NCBI GenBank assembly: GCA_036679625.1
Contig: JAZDDA010000190.1
Location: forward strand, 63,524 to 127,523
DNA length: 64,000 nucleotides
Reading direction: 5' to 3'
Source of the DNA: Gemmatimonadota bacterium
GTDB taxonomy: Bacteria > Gemmatimonadota > Gemmatimonadetes > Longimicrobiales > Gaopeijiaceae
This document shows positions 27,408-37,451 of this stretch, piece by piece. Made by a program: the position numbers and the translations under genes. Position 1 is the stretch's first letter; each line of letters starts with the position of its first letter. The notes beneath the pieces are model-generated. The model had not been told where the DNA came from, did not search any database, and was given only the letters and a program-made list of their open reading frames with translations.

Positions 27408-27414
27408 GAGGGAG
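27408..27414 (+). promoter_or_regulatory. Shine-Dalgarno (GAGGGAG) for the probable purL GTG start
   Basis: GAGGGAG at 27408-27414, 5 nt upstream of the in-frame GTG at 27420. Confidence 0.5.
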
Positions 27415-27419
27415 ACCCC

Positions 27420-29675
27420 GTGATTACAGCCGCGGTCGTGGAAGAACACGGGCTTTCGCCAACCGAATACGAGAGGGTCCAGCAGGTGATGGGCCGCGAC
27501 CCCACCTTCACCGAGCTTGGAGTCTTCAGCGCCATGTGGTCGGAGCACTGCGGCTACAAGAACTCCAAACGCCTGCTCAGGCTTCTCCCGACTGAAGCAC
27601 CGTGGGTCATTCTGGGGCCGGGCGAGAATGCGGGCGTGATCGACATCGGTGACGGATACGCACTCGCCTTCAAGATCGAATCGCACAATCACCCCTCCGC
27701 CGTCGAACCCTACCAGGGAGCGGCGACTGGAGTGGGGGGAATCCTCCGTGATGTGTTCACGATGGGCGCACGACCGATCGCGATCCTCGACTCGCTCCGC
27801 TTCGGTGACCTGGATTCGGGTAGGGTCCGATACCTGTTCTCGGGGGTCGTGAGTGGCGTCGGGGATTACGGAAACTGCATGGGGATTCCGAACATCGGTG
27901 GGGAGGTCTACTTCGACGAAGGGTACGAGGGGAACCCGATCGTGAATGCGATGTGCCTCGGACTCCTAAAGCGGGAGGATCTCATCAAGGGTGAGGCCGA
28001 GGGGGTCGGGAATACCCTGATGGCCGTCGGAGCCCGCACCGGACGCGACGGAATCCACGGAGCAACCTTCGCGAGCGAGGAGCTCTCGCAGGACTCGCAG
28101 GCGAGCCGGCCTCGAGTGCAGGTGGGGGACCCCTTTACCGAGAAGCTCCTGCTCGAGGCGAGTCTCGAGCTCATAACGAGTGGGCACATCGTCGGGATTC
28201 AGGACATGGGCGCCGCCGGGATCACCTCTTCGGCATCGGAGATGGCCGGGCGCTCCGGCACCGGAGTCGAGCTCGACACGCTTCTCGTTCCCGTTCGTGA
28301 GTCCGGGATGACTCCGTATGAGATTCTCCTCTCGGAGTCCCAGGAGCGCATGCTCGTCGTCGCCCACGTCGGCCACGAGGCTGAGGTAAAGGCCATCCTC
28401 GAGAAGTGGGAACTCGAGGCTGAGGTCATTGGCCGAGTGACGGACGACGGCATGTTCCGAATCGTCGAAGGACCGAATGTGGTAGCCGAGATCCCGGCGC
28501 TCCCGCTGACAGAGGGGTGTCCCACCTATGAACGCGAAGGCGTCGAATCCGAAGAGGTACAGGCGCTTCGGGCAATGGATCTCTCGGAGTTTGCGCATGC
28601 AGATGGAGACCTGAACGAGACATTCCTTCGGCTACTCGGCTCCGCCAACATTGCCTCCAAACAGTGGATCTATCGTCAATACGACACCACGGTGCGTACC
28701 GGCACCGCGGTGCGGCCGGGCGGCGACTCAGGGGTCGTGAGGATAAGAGGCACAAAAAAGGCTGTCGCCGCCACAACCGACTGTAATGGACGCTACGTGT
28801 ACCTCGAACCGGGCACGGGTGCACGGATTGCGGTCGCCGAAGCCGCACGGAATCTCGTGTGCGTGGGAGCGCTCCCCACGGCCATCACCAACAATCTCAA
28901 CTTCGGTAACCCTCTTAAACCACACATTTACTACCAGCTACGGGAGTCCGTCATCGGAATGGCCGAAGCCTGCCGGCTTTTTGAGACGCCGGTTACCGGA
29001 GGCAACGTCTCACTCTTCAACGAGACAGACGGTGTGGCGATCTATCCCACCCCGGTGGTTGGAATGGTGGGGATCATCGAGGATATCAAGAACATCACCC
29101 ATCAGGCGTTCAGGTCGGCGGGCGACGCGATCCTCCTCCTCGGCGACAACACCAACGAAATCGGCGGAAGCGAGTACCTGTACGTGCTTCACGACCTTGT
29201 AGCTGGGGCGCCACCATCCGTGGACCTGATGGGGGAACGTCGACTCCAACACGCTGTGTTGGCCATGATCGAGGCTGGCGTGCTTCAATCAGCTCACGAC
29301 GTCAGCGATGGAGGCCTCGCATGTGCTATAGCGGAGTGCGCGATCGGGGATGCGGAGGCGCCGCTGGGTGTCGAGGTGCACCTCGTGGATGCCCTCCCGG
29401 AAATCCCTCTCCTCTTCGGGGAGGCACAGGGCCGTATTCTCGTCTCATGCAACCCGGAGGAGGTCGATACGGTCTTCAGGCTGGCGAAGAGCCATGGGGT
29501 ACCTTGCAGGCAGATCGGCACCGTGAAGGAACGGGAGAGTGGGTTCAAGATTTCAACCGCGAAGGCGAGCATCAGTGCGGAGGTCGACAACGTGACACGG
29601 ATCTTCATGGAGGCGATTCCCTCGCTGATGAATCTCGTCCAATCAGGGACCCCGGAAGAGGAGGCACAGCCATGA
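27420..29675 (+). CDS. purL: FGAM synthase subunit PurL
   Basis: [46 protein letters not shown] and DCLNFGNP-like NNLNFGNP. The track start is TTG at 27351. The in-frame GTG at 27420 has a strong SD and gives a canonical N-terminus. Confidence 0.92.
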   Translation: MITAAVVEEHGLSPTEYERVQQVMGRDPTFTELGVFSAMWSEHCGYKNSKRLLRLLPTEAPWVILGPGENAGVIDIGDGYALAFKIESHNHPSAVEPYQGAATGVGGILRDVFTMGARPIAILDSLRFGDLDSGRVRYLFSGVVSGVGDYGNCMGIPNIGGEVYFDEGYEGNPIVNAMCLGLLKREDLIKGEAEGVGNTLMAVGARTGRDGIHGATFASEELSQDSQASRPRVQVGDPFTEKLLLEASLELITSGHIVGIQDMGAAGITSSASEMAGRSGTGVELDTLLVPVRESGMTPYEILLSESQERMLVVAHVGHEAEVKAILEKWELEAEVIGRVTDDGMFRIVEGPNVVAEIPALPLTEGCPTYEREGVESEEVQALRAMDLSEFAHADGDLNETFLRLLGSANIASKQWIYRQYDTTVRTGTAVRPGGDSGVVRIRGTKKAVAATTDCNGRYVYLEPGTGARIAVAEAARNLVCVGALPTAITNNLNFGNPLKPHIYYQLRESVIGMAEACRLFETPVTGGNVSLFNETDGVAIYPTPVVGMVGIIEDIKNITHQAFRSAGDAILLLGDNTNEIGGSEYLYVLHDLVAGAPPSVDLMGERRLQHAVLAMIEAGVLQSAHDVSDGGLACAIAECAIGDAEAPLGVEVHLVDALPEIPLLFGEAQGRILVSCNPEEVDTVFRLAKSHGVPCRQIGTVKERESGFKISTAKASISAEVDNVTRIFMEAIPSLMNLVQSGTPEEEAQP

Positions 29676-31120
29676 CGCCTCGAACACTGGATATCTCGGG
29701 CGATTCGCTCGATGAGGACCGCCCGCGGGAGGAGTGTGGGGTAGTAGGCATTTCGGGGGTTGCTGGCGCCGCCGAATTGGCCTTTCTGGGCCTCTATGCT
29801 CTTCAACACCGGGGGCAAGAGGCCGCAGGAATCCTGGCTATCGACGACGACGGGACGGTGCGCGTCACGAAGGGCCCCGGGCTGGTGGCCGACGTCTTCA
29901 GCGCCGACGCGCTCCTGAAGCTCCCAGGGAAGACTGCTCTGGGCCACGTCCGTTACTCCACCGCCGGAGGCGGCAACGTAGAAAACGTCCAGCCGCTCCT
30001 CGTCAGGTATGCGCACGGAGATCTCGCGATAGCCCACAACGGAAACCTGACGAACGCTCACGAATTGAGGAAACGGCTCTCCGCCGACGGCGCGATCTTC
30101 CAGACCTCGAGCGACTCGGAGGCCATCATCCACCTCATGGCCCGGTCGCGACGCGAGACGGTCGACGGTCAGGTCGATGAAGCCCTCAGCCACATCGAGG
30201 GGGCCTTCTCGCTCGCGATCACAGTGGGCAACGTGCTCTATGCGGTCCGCGACCCCCGGGGATACCGGCCGCTCGTGCTCGGCAAGAAGGACGACGGCTA
30301 TATCGTGGCCAGCGAGACGTGTGGGCTCGACATCATGGGCGCCGAATTTGTGCGTGACATAGCACCCGGCGAGGTCCTTCGCATTGAGGACGGAGTCCTG
30401 AGGCAACTGCGGGCGCTTGAGCCCGCCCCGAAGGCCCAGCCGTGCATATTCGAATTGGTGTACTTCGCACGTCCCGATTCCCGACTCTGGGGAGTGAGTG
30501 TGGACCGGGCACGGAGAGGGTTCGGGCGCCGCCTCGCAATGGAGCACCCGGTTGAGGCAGACGCGGTCATCGCGGTTCCAGACAGCGCCAACTCCGCTGC
30601 GCTCGGGTATTCTGAAGAGAGCGGAACTCCGTTCGAGTTGGGTCTCCTACGGAACCATTACGTTGGCCGTACCTTCATCCAGCCATCCCAGGCCGATCGC
30701 GACTTTGGGGCACGGATGAAGTACGCGCCGGTCCGGGAAGTGCTCGTTGGCAAGCGCGTGGTGGTCGTAGACGACTCCCTGGTTCGAGGCACCACGAGCC
30801 GTAGCCTGGTGAAGTTCCTGCGGGCAGCTGGGGCTGCCGAGGTGCACTTCAGGATCGGGAGTCCTCCCGTGAAGTTTCCATGCTTCTACGGCATCAACAT
30901 GCCGAGCCGGGAAGAACTCATCGGATCCCGGCTCGCCGTCGATGAGATTGCAAGTGAGCTGGGAGTAGACTCCCTGGGGTATCTGTCCCTCGAGGGCATG
31001 CAGGGAGTCGTAGAGGAGCAGGGGCCCTTCTGCACCGCATGCTTTTCGGGTCAGTACGCAGCCCCGCTCGTCGATGTGGAGCGCGGTTACGTGCCGGGCA
31101 ATCACCCCGTGGAATGCTGA
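29672..31120 (+). CDS. purF: Amidophosphoribosyltransferase
   Basis: [10 protein letters not shown] (catalytic Cys after a propeptide), [11 protein letters not shown] and PRTase motif [14 protein letters not shown]-terminal Cys ligands (CFYGI, CTACFSG) suggest an Fe-S type. The ATG at 29672 overlaps the purL stop (ATGA); the 29321 track start is an out-of-context extension. Confidence 0.92.
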   Translation: MTPRTLDISGDSLDEDRPREECGVVGISGVAGAAELAFLGLYALQHRGQEAAGILAIDDDGTVRVTKGPGLVADVFSADALLKLPGKTALGHVRYSTAGGGNVENVQPLLVRYAHGDLAIAHNGNLTNAHELRKRLSADGAIFQTSSDSEAIIHLMARSRRETVDGQVDEALSHIEGAFSLAITVGNVLYAVRDPRGYRPLVLGKKDDGYIVASETCGLDIMGAEFVRDIAPGEVLRIEDGVLRQLRALEPAPKAQPCIFELVYFARPDSRLWGVSVDRARRGFGRRLAMEHPVEADAVIAVPDSANSAALGYSEESGTPFELGLLRNHYVGRTFIQPSQADRDFGARMKYAPVREVLVGKRVVVVDDSLVRGTTSRSLVKFLRAAGAAEVHFRIGSPPVKFPCFYGINMPSREELIGSRLAVDEIASELGVDSLGYLSLEGMQGVVEEQGPFCTACFSGQYAAPLVDVERGYVPGNHPVEC

Positions 31121-31154
31121 CGTTACGAAACGATCGAGAAAGCGGGAGGCAAAG

Positions 31155-32198
31155 ATGAAGGTCACTCCTGAGTTGCTGCGCCGTCTTCCCAAGACGGAAT
31201 TGCACGTTCACCTCGACGGAAGCCTGCGCCCCTCGACGCTCGTCGAGCTCTCCGCGGAGTACGGGAAGTCACTTCCTTCGACGGACCCCGAGGAAGTGGC
31301 CCGCTTCATGTTGGCCCAGGACACCCGGAACCTCGAGGAGTATCTCGATAAGTTCCGCATTACGCTTTCGGTCATGCAGCACGCCGACGATCTGGAGCGC
31401 ATCGCCTTTGAGCTGGCAGAGGACAACGCACGCGAGAATGTTCGCTACCTCGAGGTTCGGTACTCCCCAATCCTGCACACGCAGGAGGGACTCCCGCTCA
31501 CCGAGGCCGTTGAGTCGCCCCTCCGTGGCCTGGCCCGAGCGGGGAAGGAGTACGGCATCAAGACCGGACTCATCATCTGCGGCATCCGTAATATGGAGGT
31601 GGACACTTCCCGGGAACTCGCAGACCTGACGGTAGCCTACAAGGACCGGGGAGTGGTCGCGTTCGACCTCGCGGGAGCCGAGTACAACTTCCCCGCCAAG
31701 AAACACCGGGACGCATTTTTCACGGTCATCAACCGCAACATGGGAACGACCATCCACGCCGGGGAAGCCTATGGTCCCGAGTCGATTCACCAGGCGCTCC
31801 ACTACTGCAGAGCGAACAGAATCGGGCACGGCACCCGCCTCTTCGAGGACCCGGACCTCATGCAGTACGTCAACGATTTTCGGGTGCCGCTCGAGATCTG
31901 TCTTACCTCGAATGTGCAAACCCGGGCGGTGGCATCCTTCGCGGAGCACCCGCTGCGCAAGTACTTCGATGCGGGGATCGTACTGGCCCTCTGCACCGAC
32001 AACCGGCTCGTTTCGGGGACGACGGTCACGTCCGAGTACGTAGCCGCGCACGAGCACCTGGGGTTCTCCTGGGCCGAACTGACGAAACTCGCCCGCATGG
32101 GCTTCGGGGCAGCCTTCCTCCACCGGGACGAAAAGCTGGAGCTTCTTTCTTCGGTGGACGCGGAAATTGCCGGGATCGAGGCCGAGGCCTCGGCTTAG
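31155..32198 (+). CDS. add: Adenosine deaminase
   Basis: LPKTELHVHLDGS, TIHAGE, RIGHG and LCTDN. The ATG at 31155 is preceded by GGGAGG (31144-31149). Confidence 0.88.
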   Translation: MKVTPELLRRLPKTELHVHLDGSLRPSTLVELSAEYGKSLPSTDPEEVARFMLAQDTRNLEEYLDKFRITLSVMQHADDLERIAFELAEDNARENVRYLEVRYSPILHTQEGLPLTEAVESPLRGLARAGKEYGIKTGLIICGIRNMEVDTSRELADLTVAYKDRGVVAFDLAGAEYNFPAKKHRDAFFTVINRNMGTTIHAGEAYGPESIHQALHYCRANRIGHGTRLFEDPDLMQYVNDFRVPLEICLTSNVQTRAVASFAEHPLRKYFDAGIVLALCTDNRLVSGTTVTSEYVAAHEHLGFSWAELTKLARMGFGAAFLHRDEKLELLSSVDAEIAGIEAEASA

Positions 32199-32201
32199 AG
32201 G

Positions 32202-33224
32202 TCAGCTCTCCGGGGTTGCACCGTCGGCGGTGAGATACTTCTCAGCCATTTCCACCATTCCAGAATGGCCAATGTAGAGCGGCGTGCGCTGATGAAGCCC
32301 TTCTGGCACCAGGTCCAGGATCCTGTTCGAGCCATCGGACGCTCTGCCCCCAGCCTGCTCACAGATAAACGCCATCGGAGCGCCTTCATAGAGCAAACGA
32401 AGCTTCCCCGACGTGTTTTTCGTATCGGCGGGGTACATGAAGATCCCGCCCCTGAGCAGGGTCCGATGGAAGTCCGCGACGAGTGATCCGATATACCTGG
32501 AGGAGTAGCTCGGGCCGTTTCCCTCGAGCTGCTTGAGTCGACGCATGAGGGCCTGCTGGCCGGCAGACCACCCCGGATAGTTGGCCTCGTTGCATGAGTA
32601 GGTCAGGCTCGGGGGCTCCGGAATCTGGATGTTACGGTGGCTCAGCAGGAATTCCCCGATCGACGGGTCCAGTGTGAACCCGTGGACCCCCTGCCCACTC
32701 GTATACACCAGCATCGTCGACGATCCGTAGAGAACATACCCTGCCGCTAACTGTCGGCATCCTGCCTGAAGGCAGTCCCCCATCACGCCCCCAGGGGTAT
32801 CGCCCACCTTTCGGTGGATCGAAAAGATCGTTCCGATCGAGACGTTTACATCGATGTTCGAGGACCCATCGAGAGGATCGAAGATCAGGATGTACTCCCC
32901 CGTCGGGAACGGCTCAGGGATCGGAATGATGTCCTCCACCTCTTCCGAGACCATGCACGCCAGATGACCCGTGTGGTCCATCGCTCGATAGATTACGTCC
33001 TGGGCAAATTCATCGAGCTTCTGAACCCCCTCCCCCTGCACGTTGACGTCTCCCGTCCCCCCCAGAATATCGACGAGACCCGCCTTGTTGACCTCGCGGG
33101 AGATGATCTTCGCCGCGAGGGTGAGTTGGTAGAGAATGTCGCTGAATGCACCGGTGCCCGCGTGCTTGCGCTCCTCCTCAGCGATGTGCCGTTCGAGCGT
33201 TACGATCGTGTTGGATTGGCTCAT
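32202..33224 (-). CDS. fbp: Fructose-1,6-bisphosphatase class 1
   Basis: TLERHIAEEERK.., FDPLDGSSNIDVNVSIGTIFSI, GGIFMYP and KLRLLYEGAPMAFICEQAGG. I prefer the ATG at 33224 (MSQSNTIVTLE) over the 33320 track start. Confidence 0.9.
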   Translation of the reverse strand: MSQSNTIVTLERHIAEEERKHAGTGAFSDILYQLTLAAKIISREVNKAGLVDILGGTGDVNVQGEGVQKLDEFAQDVIYRAMDHTGHLACMVSEEVEDIIPIPEPFPTGEYILIFDPLDGSSNIDVNVSIGTIFSIHRKVGDTPGGVMGDCLQAGCRQLAAGYVLYGSSTMLVYTSGQGVHGFTLDPSIGEFLLSHRNIQIPEPPSLTYSCNEANYPGWSAGQQALMRRLKQLEGNGPSYSSRYIGSLVADFHRTLLRGGIFMYPADTKNTSGKLRLLYEGAPMAFICEQAGGRASDGSNRILDLVPEGLHQRTPLYIGHSGMVEMAEKYLTADGATPES

Positions 33225-33316
33225 GATTTCCCGGGTATTGGACGGAGCGAGGGCAATTGGGGACCGATCACCGCGGCCCCCCACCTGGCCGCAAATTAAG
33301 CTCTGCAAGCCCACGG

Positions 33317-35455
33317 TCAACGCTCGGTCTGTACAGTATACGACCCATCGCCGCGTATACGGACGCGGATCGTCCCCTGACGGTCGGTTCGATAAGTCTC
33401 TACTCCGGCCGCGGCCAGACTCTGCATCACCTCCGAATGGGGGTGACCGAATGAATTCCCGGCCCCGGAAGAGATCAACGCCACCTCAGGCTTAACTGCT
33501 GAAAGGAAGGCCCAGGAGGTAGAGGTGCGTGATCCGTGGTGCCCCACCTTGAGTACGTCGATGTCCCGGGTCCATCCCGCCTGTGTGATAATGTCCTCCA
33601 CCTCCACAGGGGCATCCCCGGTGAGGATGCTGCGGAACTCCCCGTACTCCAGCATCAATACGACCGAAGCGTCGTTCGCAGAAGGTGGTGGGTTGGTGTT
33701 CAGAAACGCGGGCGAGGGATGCAGGACCGTCAGCCTCACCTCATCGATCTCGAGGACCTGCCCAGAGCGAACGGCGTCCCATGGGACTCCCTGCTCCTTC
33801 GCAATCTCCAGGAGGTCAACGTAGATCCCCTTCCCCACGGGAAGTCCTGGATCGACCACGGCACCTACCTCCAGAGAACGTAGCACCGCGGCCGCACCGC
33901 CGATGTGGTCGAGATCGGGGTGGCTCAACACCATCAGGTCGAGTCGGGTAACACCCCTTCGGAGCAGGTAGGGGACGATCACCCTCCTCCCCGCGTCACG
34001 ACCACGGGCCCTCGGACCGGTGTCGATGAGCACCCAACGCCCCCTGGGCGTCCGCAGGAGCAAGGCGTCCCCCTGCCCAACATCCAGGGCGATGAGCTCC
34101 AGCTCATTGGAGCGAAGCGCACCCCCCACAAGCGGAGCGACGGTGACCCCAATGAGAATCCCAATGGCCCTCAACCCCACCCTCGTGCGGGTCGAGAATC
34201 TCCCCGCATCCGCGATCACCCGGGCTCCGAGCGTAGCCCCCGCAAGCCCACCGAGGATCCAGGGCCTGGGGATCCATATGGCCGCCCAGGGAAGCGCTGC
34301 CGCGCGAGCCACCACGGTGTCGAAGGATAGGAGGAGCAGATCGACTCCCCCGGCAATGAACGCACCTGCGGGGGCGGACACAGCCGAGACGATGAGCGAG
34401 ATGATGATCCCCGGGATCGCCATTGCAACAAGCGGGGAGGCAAGGAGCGTCACAGGTAGCCCGACGATGGAGAAGCGGTCGAAGTGCCACGCCGCAATGG
34501 GTGCGGTCGCAACGGTCGCAGAGATCCCCGCCGCGAGCCCGGAGCGAAGCGTCTTCGGGAGGCGGCGCAGCACCTTCGTGTTTGCGATCGCACGCTCGAG
34601 TGGCCCCGACCACGCTGCCAGCCCGAACGCGCCCGCGAAGGAGAGTTGAACCCCGGGCTGAAGGAGGCTCTCAGGCCGGAGGACGCCAAAGGCGAGGAGG
34701 GCGGATGCCAGCGCCCCTACCGCGTGTATCCGACGTCCGAAGATCCTCCCGAGGAATGCCAGGCTGAGCAGTAGACAGGCGCGAACCGCGGCTTCGGGTG
34801 CCCCGATCAGAGCCACATAGAGCCACGTCGCGATGAGCGGAACCATGGCTCGAAGTGTAGTCCCGGGGATGGAGCGAGTGAGGGCAACCGCAATCGCCGC
34901 AATCACACCTACATGAAAGCCAGAGATCGCCAGGAGGTGAGCCACTCCGGAGACTGCGAAGTCGTCACGTCGCTCCGGGGAAATTCCCTCCTTGCGGGCC
35001 AGAATCAGACCCGACGCGAGCGCGTGGCGATCTGGATATAGGAGTTGGAGACGCACCCAGGCCCAGCCTCGCAGGCGAAGCAGGACCGCTCGCGGCAGCA
35101 GGGGGTTCAGGGTGGTCGCAGCCTCCTCATGATCGGCAAACACCACGCCCCCATCCCCCGGAGCCCTCCCAGCCCGCCAGGTTCCGGAGATGGTCACCGC
35201 CGCGCCAACCGTGGCAGCCGCCCCCTCCCCTGGGCGGGAGGGCCCGACGACCCGCAACAGGCCCCCGCACCCACGGGGGAGCCCTTCCACGACGCGGATC
35301 TGGCGGGATCCCCCCGGGGTCTGAGACGCGACCCATCCGGAAACTTGCAGGGGAGAACCGTCCCGCAGGCCGGACGTGCAGGGACTCGTCGGCTCCCCCA
35401 CACCGGAGGCGACTCCCGCCAGGAATGCGAGCACGAAGCCCGTAACACGACGCAC
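33317..35455 (-). CDS. comEC: DNA internalisation competence protein ComEC/Rec2
   Basis: 712 aa. Polytopic competence domain (LAISGFHVGVIAA..) followed by a metallo-beta-lactamase domain (ALDVGQGDALLL, LSHPDLDHIGG, KVGHHGS). GTG start. Confidence 0.88.
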   Translation of the reverse strand: MRRVTGFVLAFLAGVASGVGEPTSPCTSGLRDGSPLQVSGWVASQTPGGSRQIRVVEGLPRGCGGLLRVVGPSRPGEGAAATVGAAVTISGTWRAGRAPGDGGVVFADHEEAATTLNPLLPRAVLLRLRGWAWVRLQLLYPDRHALASGLILARKEGISPERRDDFAVSGVAHLLAISGFHVGVIAAIAVALTRSIPGTTLRAMVPLIATWLYVALIGAPEAAVRACLLLSLAFLGRIFGRRIHAVGALASALLAFGVLRPESLLQPGVQLSFAGAFGLAAWSGPLERAIANTKVLRRLPKTLRSGLAAGISATVATAPIAAWHFDRFSIVGLPVTLLASPLVAMAIPGIIISLIVSAVSAPAGAFIAGGVDLLLLSFDTVVARAAALPWAAIWIPRPWILGGLAGATLGARVIADAGRFSTRTRVGLRAIGILIGVTVAPLVGGALRSNELELIALDVGQGDALLLRTPRGRWVLIDTGPRARGRDAGRRVIVPYLLRRGVTRLDLMVLSHPDLDHIGGAAAVLRSLEVGAVVDPGLPVGKGIYVDLLEIAKEQGVPWDAVRSGQVLEIDEVRLTVLHPSPAFLNTNPPPSANDASVVLMLEYGEFRSILTGDAPVEVEDIITQAGWTRDIDVLKVGHHGSRTSTSWAFLSAVKPEVALISSGAGNSFGHPHSEVMQSLAAAGVETYRTDRQGTIRVRIRGDGSYTVQTER

Positions 35456-35476
35456 TGCGCGAGACCATAGCGCAAT

Positions 35477-35537
35477 GGGCAGAAAGAGAACGAGGAGGAG
35501 AAAGGGGGAGGGAGAGCCCGGGAGGGAGGGTAGAAGG
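35477..35537. repeat. Polypurine (plus strand) / polypyrimidine (sense strand of flanking genes) low-complexity tract
   Basis: gggcagaaagagaacgaggaggagaaagggggagggagagcccgggagggagggtagaaggg. Positions 35481-35516 contain a single pyrimidine. The tract lies 22-82 nt upstream of the comEC GTG. Confidence 0.85.
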
Positions 35538-35630
35538 GCTCCAGAGACGTATCCGACGGCGAGAAAAACGGTCGGAGGAGACCGTGGTTTCAGGGAATCC
35601 TCCCGCTGCGGGATTCAGCGCGTTGAGGGC

Positions 35631-35951
35631 TCAGGAGTCGGCGTCCTCCTCTGGATCCCCACGAAAGAGATCACGTTGTAATCTGTCGATGCGGGCCTGC
35701 TCAGCCGAGGTCTCCTCCGCGAGGCGGTCGCGAAGAATGGACCTGACCTTGAGGTCGGTGTAGATCCCGGCGACCCACATCGTAACCATACCCACGAACA
35801 GCCCCAGAAAGGCCACCAGCGTCACCGGCATCCGGTAGAGGGTCACGAACCCCAGGCTCAGCGTAACCCGTTGGTCACCATTCAGCGCTGCGAACCAGGC
35901 TGCTGCGATCACGAGCAGCACCGCCACGAGCGGGCCAAGGAAGCGCGTCAC
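35631..35951 (-). CDS. LapA-domain (DUF1049-like) small inner-membrane protein
   Basis: 106 aa. Two TMs (LGPLVAVLLVIAAAWFAAL, LVAFLGLFVGMVTMWVAGI) followed by a charged helical tail. 4-nt overlap with the miaB stop. Confidence 0.6.
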   Translation of the reverse strand: MTRFLGPLVAVLLVIAAAWFAALNGDQRVTLSLGFVTLYRMPVTLVAFLGLFVGMVTMWVAGIYTDLKVRSILRDRLAEETSAEQARIDRLQRDLFRGDPEEDADS

Positions 35952-37360
35952 TGCGCTTCCACCAGCGCCGTTTGCAACACGCTCTCGCCCACGAAGGTCG
36001 CGCCGGTAGTGCCGGTCAGGCGGGTCATCTGGTAACTGCCGATGGCTGCGGGATCCCCGAGAAAGGCGACGACTTTGTTGCGGCGGGTTCGACCCAGGAT
36101 CTGTCCTGGCCCACGGGCTTCCTTCTCAACCAGGACCTCCTCTACTCTGCCTATCTCGCCGCGATTGATGTCACCCTGGATCCCGCGATGTACGTCAATC
36201 AGGCTCGCAAGCCGCCTCTGGGCCTCCTCGCCCGCGATGAACTGTCCAGCCGGAAGGCGGGTCGCCGGCGTACCATCTCTCAGCGAGTACTTGTAGGTGA
36301 ACGCGTCATCAAAGCGTACCGTTCGCATAAGCGAGACGGTGTCCTCGAACTCGGCCTCCGTCTCGCCAGGAAACCCAACGATGACATCCGTTGAGAGCGA
36401 GATGTCCGGAATGCCCTTCCGGACCATGTCCACCTTTTCCAGGAAGGACGCGGTCGTATACCTCCGCAGCATCCGCTTCAGCACACGGTCACTCCCTGAC
36501 TGAAGAGGCAGATGAAGCTGCTCGCAGACAGCAGCTTCCGTCGCCATCACCTCGACCAACTCCGGCGTGACATCATTCGGATGTGGCGATTGGAAGCGCA
36601 CCCGCCGAATTCCATCTACGCGGGCGACCGACTGGAGGAGGGCCGGAAACGCCCAACCGTCAGCGACGTACGAGTTCACGGTCTGGCCGAGCAGAGTGAC
36701 CTCAGTCACGCCGGAATCCGCGATCCCCCTCACCTCATCGAGCACGTCATGGGGGCTTCGGTTCTTCTCTGGCCCCCGCACATACGGAACGATGCAAAAA
36801 GTGCATCGGTGGTCGCAGCCCCGCTGGATGGGCACCCAGGCCGCTATCTTCGACGTCCTCCGCTGCTCGAGTCCAGCGTAGTTTTCCTCGAAGTTCAGGT
36901 CCAGCACAGAGAGCTGCGGTCCCCGCCGCCTGGGCGTGGGTACCCGGAGGCTGCGATCGTCGGAAGGTGTGCTGGCCGCACGACTTCTCGCGAGCGCATC
37001 GAGGCGGTCCGGAAGCTCGCGGTAACCGTCGGGCCCCATGACCAGATCAACGTAGGGCGCCTGGGCAAGGAGGGTCTCCCCGAGGCGCTGCGCCATGCAC
37101 CCTGTGACGCCAATGATCATCTCCGGCCGCTCGCTCTTGATGCTGAAGAGCTGGCCGACACGGCCAAGCACACGCGTCTCTGCGTGCTCACGAATCGCAC
37201 ATGTATTCACGAGCACGACGTCAGCAACCTCGGGAGAATCCACGATTTCGTAGCCCTTGGCCACAAGGATTCCCTCCATCAGCTCACCGTCGCTGATGTT
37301 CATCTGACATCCGTACGTCTCAACGTACGCGCTCTTTGCTCGTGATTTGGTCATGTGCAC
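35948..37360 (-). CDS. miaB: tRNA-2-methylthio-N6-dimethylallyladenosine synthase
   Basis: 470 aa. YVETYGCQMN, VNTCAIRE, radical-SAM CDHRCTFCIVP and a C-terminal TRAM-like region. Confidence 0.88.
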   Translation of the reverse strand: MHMTKSRAKSAYVETYGCQMNISDGELMEGILVAKGYEIVDSPEVADVVLVNTCAIREHAETRVLGRVGQLFSIKSERPEMIIGVTGCMAQRLGETLLAQAPYVDLVMGPDGYRELPDRLDALARSRAASTPSDDRSLRVPTPRRRGPQLSVLDLNFEENYAGLEQRRTSKIAAWVPIQRGCDHRCTFCIVPYVRGPEKNRSPHDVLDEVRGIADSGVTEVTLLGQTVNSYVADGWAFPALLQSVARVDGIRRVRFQSPHPNDVTPELVEVMATEAAVCEQLHLPLQSGSDRVLKRMLRRYTTASFLEKVDMVRKGIPDISLSTDVIVGFPGETEAEFEDTVSLMRTVRFDDAFTYKYSLRDGTPATRLPAGQFIAGEEAQRRLASLIDVHRGIQGDINRGEIGRVEEVLVEKEARGPGQILGRTRRNKVVAFLGDPAAIGSYQMTRLTGTTGATFVGESVLQTALVEAQ

Positions 37361-37451
37361 TGAATCAAGGCTGGAAACCGGGTCAGATCAATATAGCAAA
37401 GGGACCTGTGTTGATGGCATGCTATACGAGTGACGCACCTACCCATTGCGG

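Noticed and set aside
29294-30547. 417-aa minus-strand ORF, and the 29321 upstream extension of the purF frame
   Set aside because: Both overlap the well-supported purL 3' end and purF. purF has a canonical ATG at 29672 (ATGA overlap with the purL stop), followed by the ..EECGVVG catalytic-Cys region.
31074-31154. N-terminal extension of the add ORF ([16 protein letters not shown]..)
   Set aside because: It overlaps the purF 3' end. The ATG at 31155 has a GGGAGG SD and gives the canonical LPKTELHVHLDGS N-terminus.
36512-37345. 277-aa plus-strand ORF
   Set aside because: Antisense to miaB, which carries radical-SAM and UPF0004 motifs.
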